This document shows positions 38,045-48,200 of a stretch of 64,000 nucleotides of DNA, one piece after another (the first letter of the stretch is position 1; the number at the start of each line of letters is the position of its first letter). The stretch covers positions 2,502 through 66,501 of the forward strand of contig PUKZ01000144.1 of NCBI GenBank assembly GCA_003550725.1, read 5' to 3'. The position numbers and the translations under genes are program-made. Origin of the DNA: Bacteroidales bacterium (GTDB taxonomy: Bacteria; Bacteroidota; Bacteroidia; Bacteroidales; UBA7960). The notes beneath the pieces were generated by a model. It did no database searches. It was not told the DNA's origin and was given only the letters and a program-made list of their open reading frames with translations.

Positions 38045-39208
38045 ATGAAAAATTTGATTTACCTCGATAATGCAGCTACAGCATTTCCTAAACCGGAGGA
38101 GGTTTATAATTTTATGAATGAATTTTATTGTAATCATGGTGTAAGCCCCGGTCGTTCAGGCTTTGATGCATCTATTGAAGCAGAGGAACTGGTTTCTGAG
38201 ACCCGAAAATTATTAATGGAGCTATTCAATGGCGATGGTGATCCTGACAGGCTAACTTTCAGTTATAATGGAAGCGATTCGCTGAACATGATCATACAGG
38301 GCCTGGCAGAAAAAGGTGATCATGTTATAACTACCATGCTTGAACATAATTCTGTTTTGCGTCCTTTACATCACCTTCAAATTGATGGGGTAATTGAGCT
38401 AACTCATGTGCCTTTTGACAACCATGGTTATATTGACCCTGATGATATTAAAAAGGCAATACGCCCCAATACCAAAATGGTAGTAGTCAACCAGTGTTCA
38501 AATATCATTGGCACAATACAACCTGTTGGTGAAATAGGTAAAATATGCAAAGATGCAGGAGTCTTATTTGTTGTTGACGGAGCGCAGGGGGCAGGAGCTG
38601 CAAATGTTGATATGCAGGCAATGGGTATTGATGTATTCGTTTTTACCGGTCATAAGTCATTGATGGGGCCTACCGGTATAGGTGGTTCTTATGTAATGAA
38701 AGGCGTTCCTGTAAAATACACCCGTTTTGGAGGTACCGGTGTGCGATCGGCACAACTCACCCACCTTGAAGAGTTTCCCTACAGGCTTGAATGCGGAACA
38801 CTTAACATGCTGGGTGTATCAGGATTGAATGCAGGTGTAAAATGGATTAATAAAACAGGTATCGAAAACATCCATAACAAAGAATTAGCTTTATGGGATA
38901 AATTGAGAACCGGATTACAAAACATAGACAGGGTAATTACTTACTGTGCCGAAAACACAAAAAATCAAAATCCCGTATTAAGTTTTAATATTGATGGCAT
39001 GCCTGCCTCTGATGTAGGAATGATGCTGGATGTTGACTACAATATAGCATGCCGAACCGGCCTGCAATGTGCCCCAAAAGTTCATGAAAGAATCGGAACC
39101 ATTGACATTAAAGGAACCGTAAGATTTGGTATAGGACCCTTTAATACTGAAGAACATATCGACTCAGCTATTAAAGCAGTTGAAGAAATTGCTTCACTTA
39201 AAATATAA
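38045..39208 (+). CDS. cysteine desulfurase (class V aminotransferase, SufS/CsdA-like)
   Basis: PLP-lysine context FTGHKSLMGPTG. The catalytic loop RTGLQCAP resembles the group II R-x-G-H-H-C-A-x-P loop. Confidence 0.8.
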   Translation: MKNLIYLDNAATAFPKPEEVYNFMNEFYCNHGVSPGRSGFDASIEAEELVSETRKLLMELFNGDGDPDRLTFSYNGSDSLNMIIQGLAEKGDHVITTMLEHNSVLRPLHHLQIDGVIELTHVPFDNHGYIDPDDIKKAIRPNTKMVVVNQCSNIIGTIQPVGEIGKICKDAGVLFVVDGAQGAGAANVDMQAMGIDVFVFTGHKSLMGPTGIGGSYVMKGVPVKYTRFGGTGVRSAQLTHLEEFPYRLECGTLNMLGVSGLNAGVKWINKTGIENIHNKELALWDKLRTGLQNIDRVITYCAENTKNQNPVLSFNIDGMPASDVGMMLDVDYNIACRTGLQCAPKVHERIGTIDIKGTVRFGIGPFNTEEHIDSAIKAVEEIASLKI

Positions 39209-39329
39209 TAATGTTATTAAATATTTTGAATATATCTAATGACAAAAATGTTCATAAATTACCGATTTTTCAAAACAATACAAATTAAAGTTACAATTGG
39301 TAATTATAAAGAATAGAATGGATATTATT

Positions 39330-40799
39330 TTAAAAAGATAGTTCTTCCATCCCCCACATCAAAAAAATAATCTGTGGTATTTGAGTATTATTAATAAAAG
39401 GACCTTTTACGGGGTCATATTCTCCTGCAAACAGTTCAAATATATCTGCTCCCGGTCCTTTTGCATAAAAGGGCACAAGCTTATTAGTATGATGGTCATA
39501 ATTCCATTGCATACCCGGTAAATTACCTTTACCCTTATTAATAACCGGAGGATATAACGGGTCGGGTTTGCCAGGTCCGGTAAGGTATCCGCATTCATGG
39601 TCACTAGTAACTATTATCAGTGTTTCATCCCAGCTGCTGTTTTCCTCAACCCATTTTTCTGCCGCTTCTACTGACTTGTTAAAATCTATCTGCTCTTCTA
39701 TCATTCGGTCGGATTGGTTGTTATGGGCAGCCCAGTCAACTGCTCCACCTTCAATCATCACAAAAAACCCTTCCGGATTATGGCCTAAAATGTTTAATGA
39801 AGCCCTGGTCATTTCTTCAAGGGTAGGTACTGACTCTGTCAAAGGTGTATCATAAGGGTTTGTACTGCCAGGCTTTTTGTCGCGGGATTGTTGAAGAGTT
39901 GCATATACTTGAGGTACACCCAAAACACGGGAAGGTGTTTCTCCTTTTGATAATTTCTTAAATTCTTCACGTGTTTGAATAAAATGCCATGGATCAGGAT
40001 TGCCGTCGCCGGTAGCATCTTTTACATAAAAAATCTGGTCTTCAGTTTCAAAAACAGTCCTTCCGTCATTAGCTGTTAATTGTTGCCATATCTTACCACA
40101 GCCAACATAATTGTAATTTGGTTCCGATAAATTACCGTTATTGTCAAATTCCGGATGACCGGCTCCCATAATAACGTCAAGTTTTGTATCAAAAAACATG
40201 TAGTTAGCTATTTCACCATAGTTTGAACGGTCTTCCTGGTGTGCCACAAAACCAGCCGGAGTGGCATGATTAAAAGGAACACTGGCAACAACACCAATAG
40301 ATTTGCCAAGAGCTTTGGCAGACTGGCTTATATGATAAAGAGTATCGCCATTTAAACCAATTCCTATTGACCTGACATGAACTTTTTGCCCTGTAGACAA
40401 AGCTGTTGCAGATGCAGCCGAACAGGTATAGTCATTTTTTACATAGGTGTGATCTGTCATAGCATTGCGTGGATTATACCCTGCAGCAAAAATAGTGTCA
40501 CCATTATCAATAGAAACAACGGCAGGATAAGTTGCCATAGCTAAATTAACCCAACAGGATGATTCATACACCTGTGTGCCAGACTCTCCATATTGGTAAT
40601 AACTTGCAGCATCTACATGGCTATAACCCATACCATCACTAATAAAAAATATTATGTTTTTTGGAACAGGAATACTTTGGCCGGCTGAAATATAAACAGA
40701 TGAAAATAACCCGATAAATAAGTTTAAAAAAAGTAGTTTGCGAAAATTAATTGTCATGTTTCTTTGATTTTTTCTTGAATAAAATTTATGAAATAGCAT
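39330..40799 (-). CDS. alkaline phosphatase (PhoA family)
   Basis: Motifs FFISDGMG, nucleophile context DYTCSAASATA, and TSDHECG. The true start may be the internal Met at 40757 (MTINFRKLLFL...). Confidence 0.85.
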   Translation of the reverse strand: MLFHKFYSRKNQRNMTINFRKLLFLNLFIGLFSSVYISAGQSIPVPKNIIFFISDGMGYSHVDAASYYQYGESGTQVYESSCWVNLAMATYPAVVSIDNGDTIFAAGYNPRNAMTDHTYVKNDYTCSAASATALSTGQKVHVRSIGIGLNGDTLYHISQSAKALGKSIGVVASVPFNHATPAGFVAHQEDRSNYGEIANYMFFDTKLDVIMGAGHPEFDNNGNLSEPNYNYVGCGKIWQQLTANDGRTVFETEDQIFYVKDATGDGNPDPWHFIQTREEFKKLSKGETPSRVLGVPQVYATLQQSRDKKPGSTNPYDTPLTESVPTLEEMTRASLNILGHNPEGFFVMIEGGAVDWAAHNNQSDRMIEEQIDFNKSVEAAEKWVEENSSWDETLIIVTSDHECGYLTGPGKPDPLYPPVINKGKGNLPGMQWNYDHHTNKLVPFYAKGPGADIFELFAGEYDPVKGPFINNTQIPQIIFLMWGMEELSF

Positions 40800-40885
40800 A
40801 AAGAAAACCCAAAATTATGCATTATTGAAAACTTTTTACAGATACCCTTAATTAATTTTTTAAATGTAAATGCATAATACAATAA

Positions 40886-40925
40886 AGCCAAAAAATGAAA
40901 GCTTTGCCTTTCAGGTTTTTTGGCT
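40886..40925 (-). terminator. long hairpin with flanking A/T runs (likely terminator)
   Basis: The sequence is agccaaaaaa tgaaag ctttgc ctttca gg ttttttggct. This gives 16 paired bases with a 2 nt bulge. It lies between the small ORF/GH16 unit and the phosphatase gene. Confidence 0.45.
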
Positions 40926-41064
40926 GATAAATTATACCTTTTAAATTAATCTGTTTTTAAAAAAAGATAAGCAGTAATAAAAATTTATTACTTCCCTTTC
41001 GCCGGAAGATTGTCAAATCCACAGACTAAAATAATTCTATACTTCTATGACCATCAATCGCAAA

Positions 41065-41244
41065 TTAAAACTCAAGTTTTGTAAAGCCTAAATAAGCTTC
41101 CCACATATCCTTTATTTGAGAAGACACATTTTGATGATCGATTGGTGGTTTTTGATCAAAATTTTTCTGCATTGATTTACTTTTATCCAATGCTTTCACA
41201 AAGCTAGCTCGCAAACGCTTTGCAGCAGGTTTAAGTGTATCCAT
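41065..41244 (-). CDS. possible 59 aa small protein (below the ORF-track cutoff)
   Basis: My manual translation is MDTLKPAAKRLRASFVKALDKSKSMQKNFDQKPPIDHQNVSSQIKDMWEAYLGFTKLEF. It is the only sizeable ORF in a ~925 bp gap, and I have no homology support. Confidence 0.25.
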   Translation of the reverse strand: MDTLKPAAKRLRASFVKALDKSKSMQKNFDQKPPIDHQNVSSQIKDMWEAYLGFTKLEF

Positions 41245-41724
41245 AAGCCAAATTTTTTATTTACCAGGTTCCTCAACACAAATATAAAATATTTTTTGTT
41301 AAAAAAAATTAATTCTTCAATGATTACTAAAATAAATATGAGACAATTGTTTTTTCGAATAGATGATGGTTATGGCCTGAATATCAGTTCTATATAATTG
41401 CTTATCGATAAATTTGACAGCTGATAGTTTAAGGTTAAGCCAAACTACTTTACCGTGCCTCCGAGCGCTGTAAAAAGTACTTTTACCCTCCAGTTTCTAT
41501 ACCTTAAGGTTGAATAATATGGTTGTTAATGTTTTGAATTTGGTAAAATTATTTTTTTTGGTAAACTGATTGTCTTTTATTTTAGCAGCGTATGATACCT
41601 AAAATCCGAAAATGAATTATTAGCGAATAAAAAAATAAATAACAAATTATGCCATAAATATTTTGTGATAGTAATATTATAATTTTTGCTTTACATTTGC
41701 AAGTCAGGGGTTTATGAAATTAAC

Positions 41725-43326
41725 CTAATTTTTCTTCTCTATTGAAACATTAGAAATAGAATAGCCTGTATTGCAAAGGCCACCTTCAAAAGACAGTTTC
41801 ATTGCACCGAATCTTTTTGCTTTAAAATCAATGGAAAAGCTTTGCTTTTCGTTGGTAAGGCTTATGATAATAGCCCCATCATCATCAAGTAGAGGTGTAA
41901 AGGATCTTCCATCCTTTCCAAAAAAAACACCTATATCCTTATTATCTTCTGCTTTTGCATCAAAAGATAGTGTATAGGTTTCATTATCTACCATTGAGTT
42001 GATTTGATTTGTATTTAGTTTCTGGCCAAGCTGTACCGACCAAACTTCATCCCCCGCATTTGAAATATTATTAATGTGGGCCCTCCCCTCAGAAGTGGTT
42101 ACATTTGCCGTCACATCTTTATTTTCACTTACATAAAGATACCAATTGTCATCCCATGGTTCGGAAAAGTCGCCATTAATTATAATATTATGACCTAAAT
42201 CACCCAGAACAGTTACATTAACATAATCCGTTCTTGAATTATCCCGGTTATCATTAACTGTCAGGCCAAATACATAGTGGCCTTCTTCCAGTTTTTCCAC
42301 AATAGTTTCAGCTGATGTAACATTAGTTATATTTGCCTGTGTTGGCCCTTTTTCTTGTGTCCATAAGTAGCTTTCAATATCAGATTTTGAATAACTGCCC
42401 GATCCATCCAAGATAGTTGATATGGTGCCGGGTTCCAATACCTTGTCATTTCCTGCATCAGCCACTACTCCGGATATTTTGGGGCCTGTATAACTTCCTT
42501 CACCTTCACGCCGGTAGATACGAACCCAGTCAACATACATACTGGCCGGCATAGGAGCTGTAATTCCTTCGGGGTATGTTATACCGGTGAAAGAACCCCC
42601 TACGGCAAGATTAAGAATAACAAAATGTTCCCAACCAGTAAATTCGGGTATACCTTCAATATTCATACAATGAACGAGTTTACCATTTACAAAAACCTGA
42701 ATAGTGGTTGGCGACCATTCAAGGGTAAAAATATTGTACCGGTATAATGACTGGTCATCAGGCATTATATAACTACTTGAATGATACGTATAACCCTCTT
42801 CATCCCAGTGGTTAGCAAACATAACATGGCGTTCTTGTATGCCTTCAGCAATTCCGTTTACATGACCTGCTTCCATAATGTCAATTTCGCCCCATGCAGG
42901 CCAGCTAACCTCATCAATATTAACTCCTAAAGTCCAAAATGCAGGCCAATAACCATTAGCCAATACAGGCAACTTGATGCGAGCTTCAATCTTACCATAT
43001 AAAACTGAAACCTTATCCTGGGTGTTTACACGGCCTGAGGCAAAATGAGTATCATGATGAGCATAATCGGGCAAATCTTCATTAGCAGTAAGTATCAAAG
43101 CCGGGTAGCCTTCAGGACACTCACCAACTTCCACATTACCGGCAGTATATTGCTGCATTTCGCGGTTAGCCCAGTTCCAGGGACCCCAATCGGTCTCAAT
43201 GTTCCACAAATCTTTATTAAGTGAGTCCCCCTCAAAATTGTCTTCCCAAATTAACTCATAATCACTGGCATTAACCAGCAAACAACCCATTAAAAATATA
43301 ATAGCGCCAAATAAGAGTTTTTTCAT
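41725..43326 (-). CDS. GH16 beta-glucanase (laminarinase-like) with PKD-like and CBM-like modules
   Basis: Signal peptide and the GH16 catalytic motif WGEIDIMEAG. A PKD-like segment (ADAGNDKVLEPG...) and a C-terminal CBM4/9-like segment (NIIINGDFSEPWDDNWYLY) follow. Confidence 0.9.
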   Translation of the reverse strand: MKKLLFGAIIFLMGCLLVNASDYELIWEDNFEGDSLNKDLWNIETDWGPWNWANREMQQYTAGNVEVGECPEGYPALILTANEDLPDYAHHDTHFASGRVNTQDKVSVLYGKIEARIKLPVLANGYWPAFWTLGVNIDEVSWPAWGEIDIMEAGHVNGIAEGIQERHVMFANHWDEEGYTYHSSSYIMPDDQSLYRYNIFTLEWSPTTIQVFVNGKLVHCMNIEGIPEFTGWEHFVILNLAVGGSFTGITYPEGITAPMPASMYVDWVRIYRREGEGSYTGPKISGVVADAGNDKVLEPGTISTILDGSGSYSKSDIESYLWTQEKGPTQANITNVTSAETIVEKLEEGHYVFGLTVNDNRDNSRTDYVNVTVLGDLGHNIIINGDFSEPWDDNWYLYVSENKDVTANVTTSEGRAHINNISNAGDEVWSVQLGQKLNTNQINSMVDNETYTLSFDAKAEDNKDIGVFFGKDGRSFTPLLDDDGAIIISLTNEKQSFSIDFKAKRFGAMKLSFEGGLCNTGYSISNVSIEKKN

Positions 43327-43609
43327 TTTTTTGATTTCTATGGCATAAAAATATATTTTATTATGTATATTTAAAAAAATACTTATTAATTGAATTCAAA
43401 AATTTTAATTTATTTTATCAAACATATTTTTCAAATATATAATCCTTAATGAGATTGTAAATTATTTATTTCAGATTTTTTATTACTGGCATGATACTAA
43501 TAAAGCTCAGAAAATAATTAAATAATTTATATGCTATGCGATAAAAATCAGCATTTTATTAACTTAGCTTATTGAATGTTTTAATATTAATCGTAATACT
43601 TTATAATAA

Positions 43610-44296
43610 ATGCAAAAGCAACGTTACATAAAAAACGAAAACATGTTGACCACTGAGGAAAATATCAGTTTAAGGGAAAAAAGTGTAGCAGTGGTTGGTT
43701 GTGGTGGTTTGGGTGGTTTTATAATTGAGGAGCTTGCAAGGCTGGGCATAGGTAATATTACGGCTATTGACGGCGATGTTTTTGAGGAATCAAATCTTAA
43801 CAGGCAATTGTTTTCTGAGACCGGAAACATTGGTTATTCAAAAGCACTTGCTGCAAAAGAGCGCATAGAAAAAGTTAATCCCGACATTAAGCTGTCGGCC
43901 GTTAACGAATATCTTAATGACAAAAATGCCGAGAAACATTTGAAAAACCATAATGTTGTTTGCGATGCTTTAGATAATATACCATCACGAAAATTAATCC
44001 AAAAAACATGTGAAACTCTTAATATTCCGCTTGTTTACGGTGCTATAGCCGGGTGGTACGGTCATGTATCAACTGTTTTTCCGGGAGATAATATTTTAGA
44101 TTATATATATGATACAGATCAGGTAAAAGGCGAAGAACAGGAATTGGGTAATCCTTCATTTACACCTGCTCTTATAGCATCGCTTCAGGTTGCAGAAGTT
44201 GTTAAGTTACTTACAGGTAAAAATGGACTGTTGCATAAAAAACTTTTGTTTGTTAATTGTCTCGAACATAAATATAATATTATTGATATCGGCTAA
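43610..44296 (+). CDS. ThiF/MoeB/HesA-family E1-like adenylyltransferase
   Basis: The motif VAVVGCGGLGGFIIEELARLGIGNITAIDGDVFEESNLNRQ, at 228 aa. There is no rhodanese domain or zinc CxxC pair. Confidence 0.8.
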   Translation: MQKQRYIKNENMLTTEENISLREKSVAVVGCGGLGGFIIEELARLGIGNITAIDGDVFEESNLNRQLFSETGNIGYSKALAAKERIEKVNPDIKLSAVNEYLNDKNAEKHLKNHNVVCDALDNIPSRKLIQKTCETLNIPLVYGAIAGWYGHVSTVFPGDNILDYIYDTDQVKGEEQELGNPSFTPALIASLQVAEVVKLLTGKNGLLHKKLLFVNCLEHKYNIIDIG

Positions 44297-44327
44297 GAAT
44301 TAATTATTAAAACAATAAAATAATTTT

Positions 44328-44335
44328 TTATTTTT
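44328..44335 (+). promoter_or_regulatory. candidate -7 box (TAttTTTG)
   Basis: tatttttg lies 39 nt upstream of the ATG at 44374. Confidence 0.3.
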
Positions 44336-44373
44336 GCACTTATTTTTTAAAAACTAATTAAAACATACCAGCT

Positions 44374-44862
44374 ATGGAAAGAAAAGGTTTATTTATTTTG
44401 GTGGCATTTATTTTAATGCTTTCATGTGGCGAACAACCAAAAGAAGAGGAAGCGGTTAAAGAAAAATTGGAACTTTCTGTTATAGAAATGGTAACTAATC
44501 CAATGGAATATGAAAATAAGAATGTTACTTTCGAAGGTGTAATAGGTCATATTTGCCGTCACAGTGGAGATAAGATGCGTGTTTTACAAAAGGATGACTC
44601 TGATTACAGCATTTTAGTAATGCTTAAAGATTTTACAGACAAGTTTGACACGCGGTTTGAAGGGGAATATATTTCTGCTCAGGGCACTTTAAAAACAGAA
44701 ATGCGTGATCTGGGTCAACAAAATGAAGACGAAGAACATGATCACCAGGAGGGTGACCATTCATGTGAGACCACCAAAGAAGCTATAAAAAGGATGAATG
44801 AATTAGGCATTAATCCGGAAATCAGAACTTTTATAGAGCTTCAAAGTTTTGAAATAAAGTAA
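44374..44862 (+). CDS. lipoprotein with acidic/His-rich segment
   Basis: Lipobox LMLSCG and the segment QQNEDEEHDHQEGDHSCE. No family assignment. Confidence 0.5.
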   Translation: MERKGLFILVAFILMLSCGEQPKEEEAVKEKLELSVIEMVTNPMEYENKNVTFEGVIGHICRHSGDKMRVLQKDDSDYSILVMLKDFTDKFDTRFEGEYISAQGTLKTEMRDLGQQNEDEEHDHQEGDHSCETTKEAIKRMNELGINPEIRTFIELQSFEIK

Positions 44863-44879
44863 TCATAATTTATCATCAT

Positions 44880-45257
44880 TCAATCCTCCATAGGATAATA
44901 TATACAAGTTAAGATAAATTCTCCTGAAGGGTATTTGCTTTTTTCTACGTGAAGCTTATCGGCTTTCAGTTCGATTACAAACCATATTTCAGCCATTTTT
45001 TCAATATGAAGGCTTTGTGAGTTTCTAACCCTCCAGAAGTCCCATCTTGTATCACCTTTTTGCATAGTTCCGTCATCATAGAAAATTGTGGGGGCTGATT
45101 TATCGTACTCTCCAATGCCCGGGGCTTTTTCTATAATATGAGGTATCCCCCACTTCGTATCGATAAGGTCATCCTTATCAAATATGAATTGCTCATCATC
45201 ATTACATGATGCCAGATACATACCTATCATTATTAAAATGAGTTTCAGGTATTTCAT
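44880..45257 (-). CDS. small lipoprotein, last gene of the barrel-OmpA operon
   Basis: Lipobox MYLASCN. It starts 13 nt after the 1182 aa gene ends. Confidence 0.5.
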   Translation of the reverse strand: MKYLKLILIMIGMYLASCNDDEQFIFDKDDLIDTKWGIPHIIEKAPGIGEYDKSAPTIFYDDGTMQKGDTRWDFWRVRNSQSLHIEKMAEIWFVIELKADKLHVEKSKYPSGEFILTCIYYPMED

Positions 45258-45270
45258 TTTTTTCTTAAAA

Positions 45271-48200
45271 TTACTTATCGATAATTGTAATTTCTACTCT
45301 TCTGTTTCTTGCCCTGTTTTCTTCGGTATCATCGGGAGCAATCGGGCGGCTGTCTTTATATCCAACATATTCTATGTTTCCAAAACCTTGATCGAACATA
45401 TATTTAGCAACAGCTTCAGCTCTTTTGGCTGACAACTCGGGGTTATCGATTGTTTCCCTGCCATCAGAATGACCAGCTATCTGAATCCTGATATTTGGGT
45501 TTTGTTTCAGTTGTTCAATAAAGCGGTCAAGCTCAGCATAAGCCTCGGGTGGTATTTCATCACTTCCTGATGCAAAAACAAGATTTCTGAGCTCAACTTT
45601 TGAACCTACAATAATATTTTCTATCAATATTTCTTTCTCCACATCCTGTATAGTAAGATCCCGCTCAAGTCTTAAATCATCGGTATATAACCAGTAGCCG
45701 GGAGCTGATACCATAATCGAATAATTTTCATCTGTCATAAAGCTTGTATTGAACCTTCCGGTAGTTCTATCAGATCGCGTTGAAACAATAGTTTCACCGG
45801 TTTCATTATCTACTACTTCTACCGTAGCTCTGACGGGTTGGAGCGTAGCCCGGTCTTTGACATTACCCGATAAATTGGTGCGGCTTACGCTTACAGCCTC
45901 AACTTCTATATCTCTTTCGCTTGGACGGAAATCTATGCGACGCCTTTTTTCATCAAAAATAAAATTAACTTCAAATTGGTTATAAGCATTAAGATGCACA
46001 ATAAAATTATTTTGCCTCAAATTGAAGTGTTCTTCAAAAACATCGCGTACTGAAACCACGTAATCATCGAGGCTTGGTGCATACAATTCAAATTTACCCT
46101 CACTGTCGGTAAATGTTGAGATTGTGTTGCCCCTGCTATCAACAGCTTCTATTCTTATATTTGAAACATCAATTCTGCCAAGTGTAGAAAGTTTACTTCT
46201 GTTAAGCACAACTTGTCCGAAAATTCTATTTCTTTCAAGAAAGGGAATATCTACTACCTTATCTTCAGTAACATGTACCAGCACTTCACGTACATCGGGA
46301 ACAAAATTATCACGTTCTTCACCTATGTTGTTTATTTCTATCCTGTATAGGCCGGCAGCAAGATTTTCGTAAACAACTTTACCATACATATCAGATAGCA
46401 GCTTATTATTAACCAGTCGGCCCGTATATTCATAATCTTTATCAAATTCATCATAATATCTTGGATCTTCGCGATGTATTGTTACCAAAATATTAGCAAT
46501 ACCCGGGTCGTTAGGATCTCTCTCCAGTGTACCCTGCAGATCCTTGAACAGGTTTACCGTCAAATCGTGATACTTGATCCTTGGCTGATCCCAGTGAAAA
46601 TCTTTTCTAAGCCTTATTTCAAAGTAAGTGCTTGAATAATCGTATTGATCTTCGGTAACAAGATCAGTTGATACCTGGTAACCCATGGTATTAAGAAGGG
46701 TAACAGAAAAGCCCCTGTCAAAAAAGAAATCAAGCTGATTTTGAAAATAGAACCTTGTTGTTTTATATGTAAAATCGTGTGTAAAATTTACTTGAGAAGA
46801 AAGCTTTAACATGTCCTGGTATATAAAACCTTCGTAATAAGGCATAAGGCGAAGATTTTGAGTATAAGTGCCCCGGTAGAAATAATTAATTTGCTGGTGC
46901 AATCCATAAGGCCCGTAAAAATAATTCAGAAATGTTCCCCAATCACCTCTCCTAAGGCTGAAACTAAATTGGGCGTTAAAAAATTCATCCCTTGTTTCAA
47001 GGGCAGCAATACTTGGCCCGTCTAATGGTATAGAATAATCACTAACAAAATTATATCCCAGTTCCAGGGATGGGTTAAAAAACAAATGATGATTCTCTCT
47101 TATACGTGCCCCGATCTCTAAATTGGCACTATGTGTTTCAAAAGGAGTATCATCAAAATGTATATAAGAGTTTGTTGCACGGCTTCGGTATAGCGGCCCG
47201 AAAAATAGAGCAAAACCGGGATCAAGGTATTTTGTTGTTCTGAAATTAGCTCTCCTGGAGCTGGAAAATCTATCAGAGGTTATTCCTGATTCACTTTCAA
47301 TAACAGGTTTGTTTTTTCTATCATTAAACCTTAAAGTAAATAAAAGCCCGTCTTTATAATGATAACGCATTGACCCTCTAAAGTTATGTCGACCCACAAA
47401 ACTCCCATAATAATTAGTGCTTCCATATTGCTCACGCAATCTGATTCTCAAATTATTAATCCTGCCCATGTAATTAACAATAAACCCGTAGCCGATTTCC
47501 TGCTGGTCAACAGTTTTATAGGTAGCATCACTCAATCCTCCATCAATAGACAAGCTATGGCCTTCAAATAATTGTAAATTGGTGCCTGCTCCATATACAA
47601 AAGCCTCTGTATTAAAAAACTGGTTATCCACATGGGCAAACCTGGTGTGAATGTCAAAATTTTTACGGTATGAATCGAAACTACCCCCATAAGTTCTTAT
47701 CGGTCTAAACCGATTTTCAGCTACAACTCCGGTTATTTCATTTCTGTCTAAAAAACGATATTTAGCCTTAAGGCCTCTTCCTAATCCATATTTTAAGGGT
47801 ATACTTGCAACATCTCCAAAAGCAATATTATAATCAGGGGCATTAAATGCAACTCTGTATCTGCTGTGTCTCAGAATATCATCCCGTCTTCCTATCCCAT
47901 GAGCTCGAAACCTGTAATCAATATCCCTGTTTCCATCAAACAATATATTACCCATAACACTACCTGATAAGTAGGGGTCATATTCGCTAAATAGATTATG
48001 TATAATTAGTTCGGCGGTTAAAGGTATTTCTCCCGGTGGTATTGTATAGCGAAAATAATTTGTCAGATGACTGAACCAAAAAGTCGTACTGAATTGATCT
48101 TTTTCTGTTGATGCATCGAGGTCAACCCTGTAAAGTGTTTGATCCGTATAATTATTTTCATCATCCAATTGCACAGGTAAAGTTATTGTAGTATCTTTTC

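Noticed and set aside
45184-45432. 82 aa plus-strand ORF spanning the junction of the lipoprotein and barrel-OmpA genes
   Set aside because: It is antisense to two well-supported minus-strand genes.
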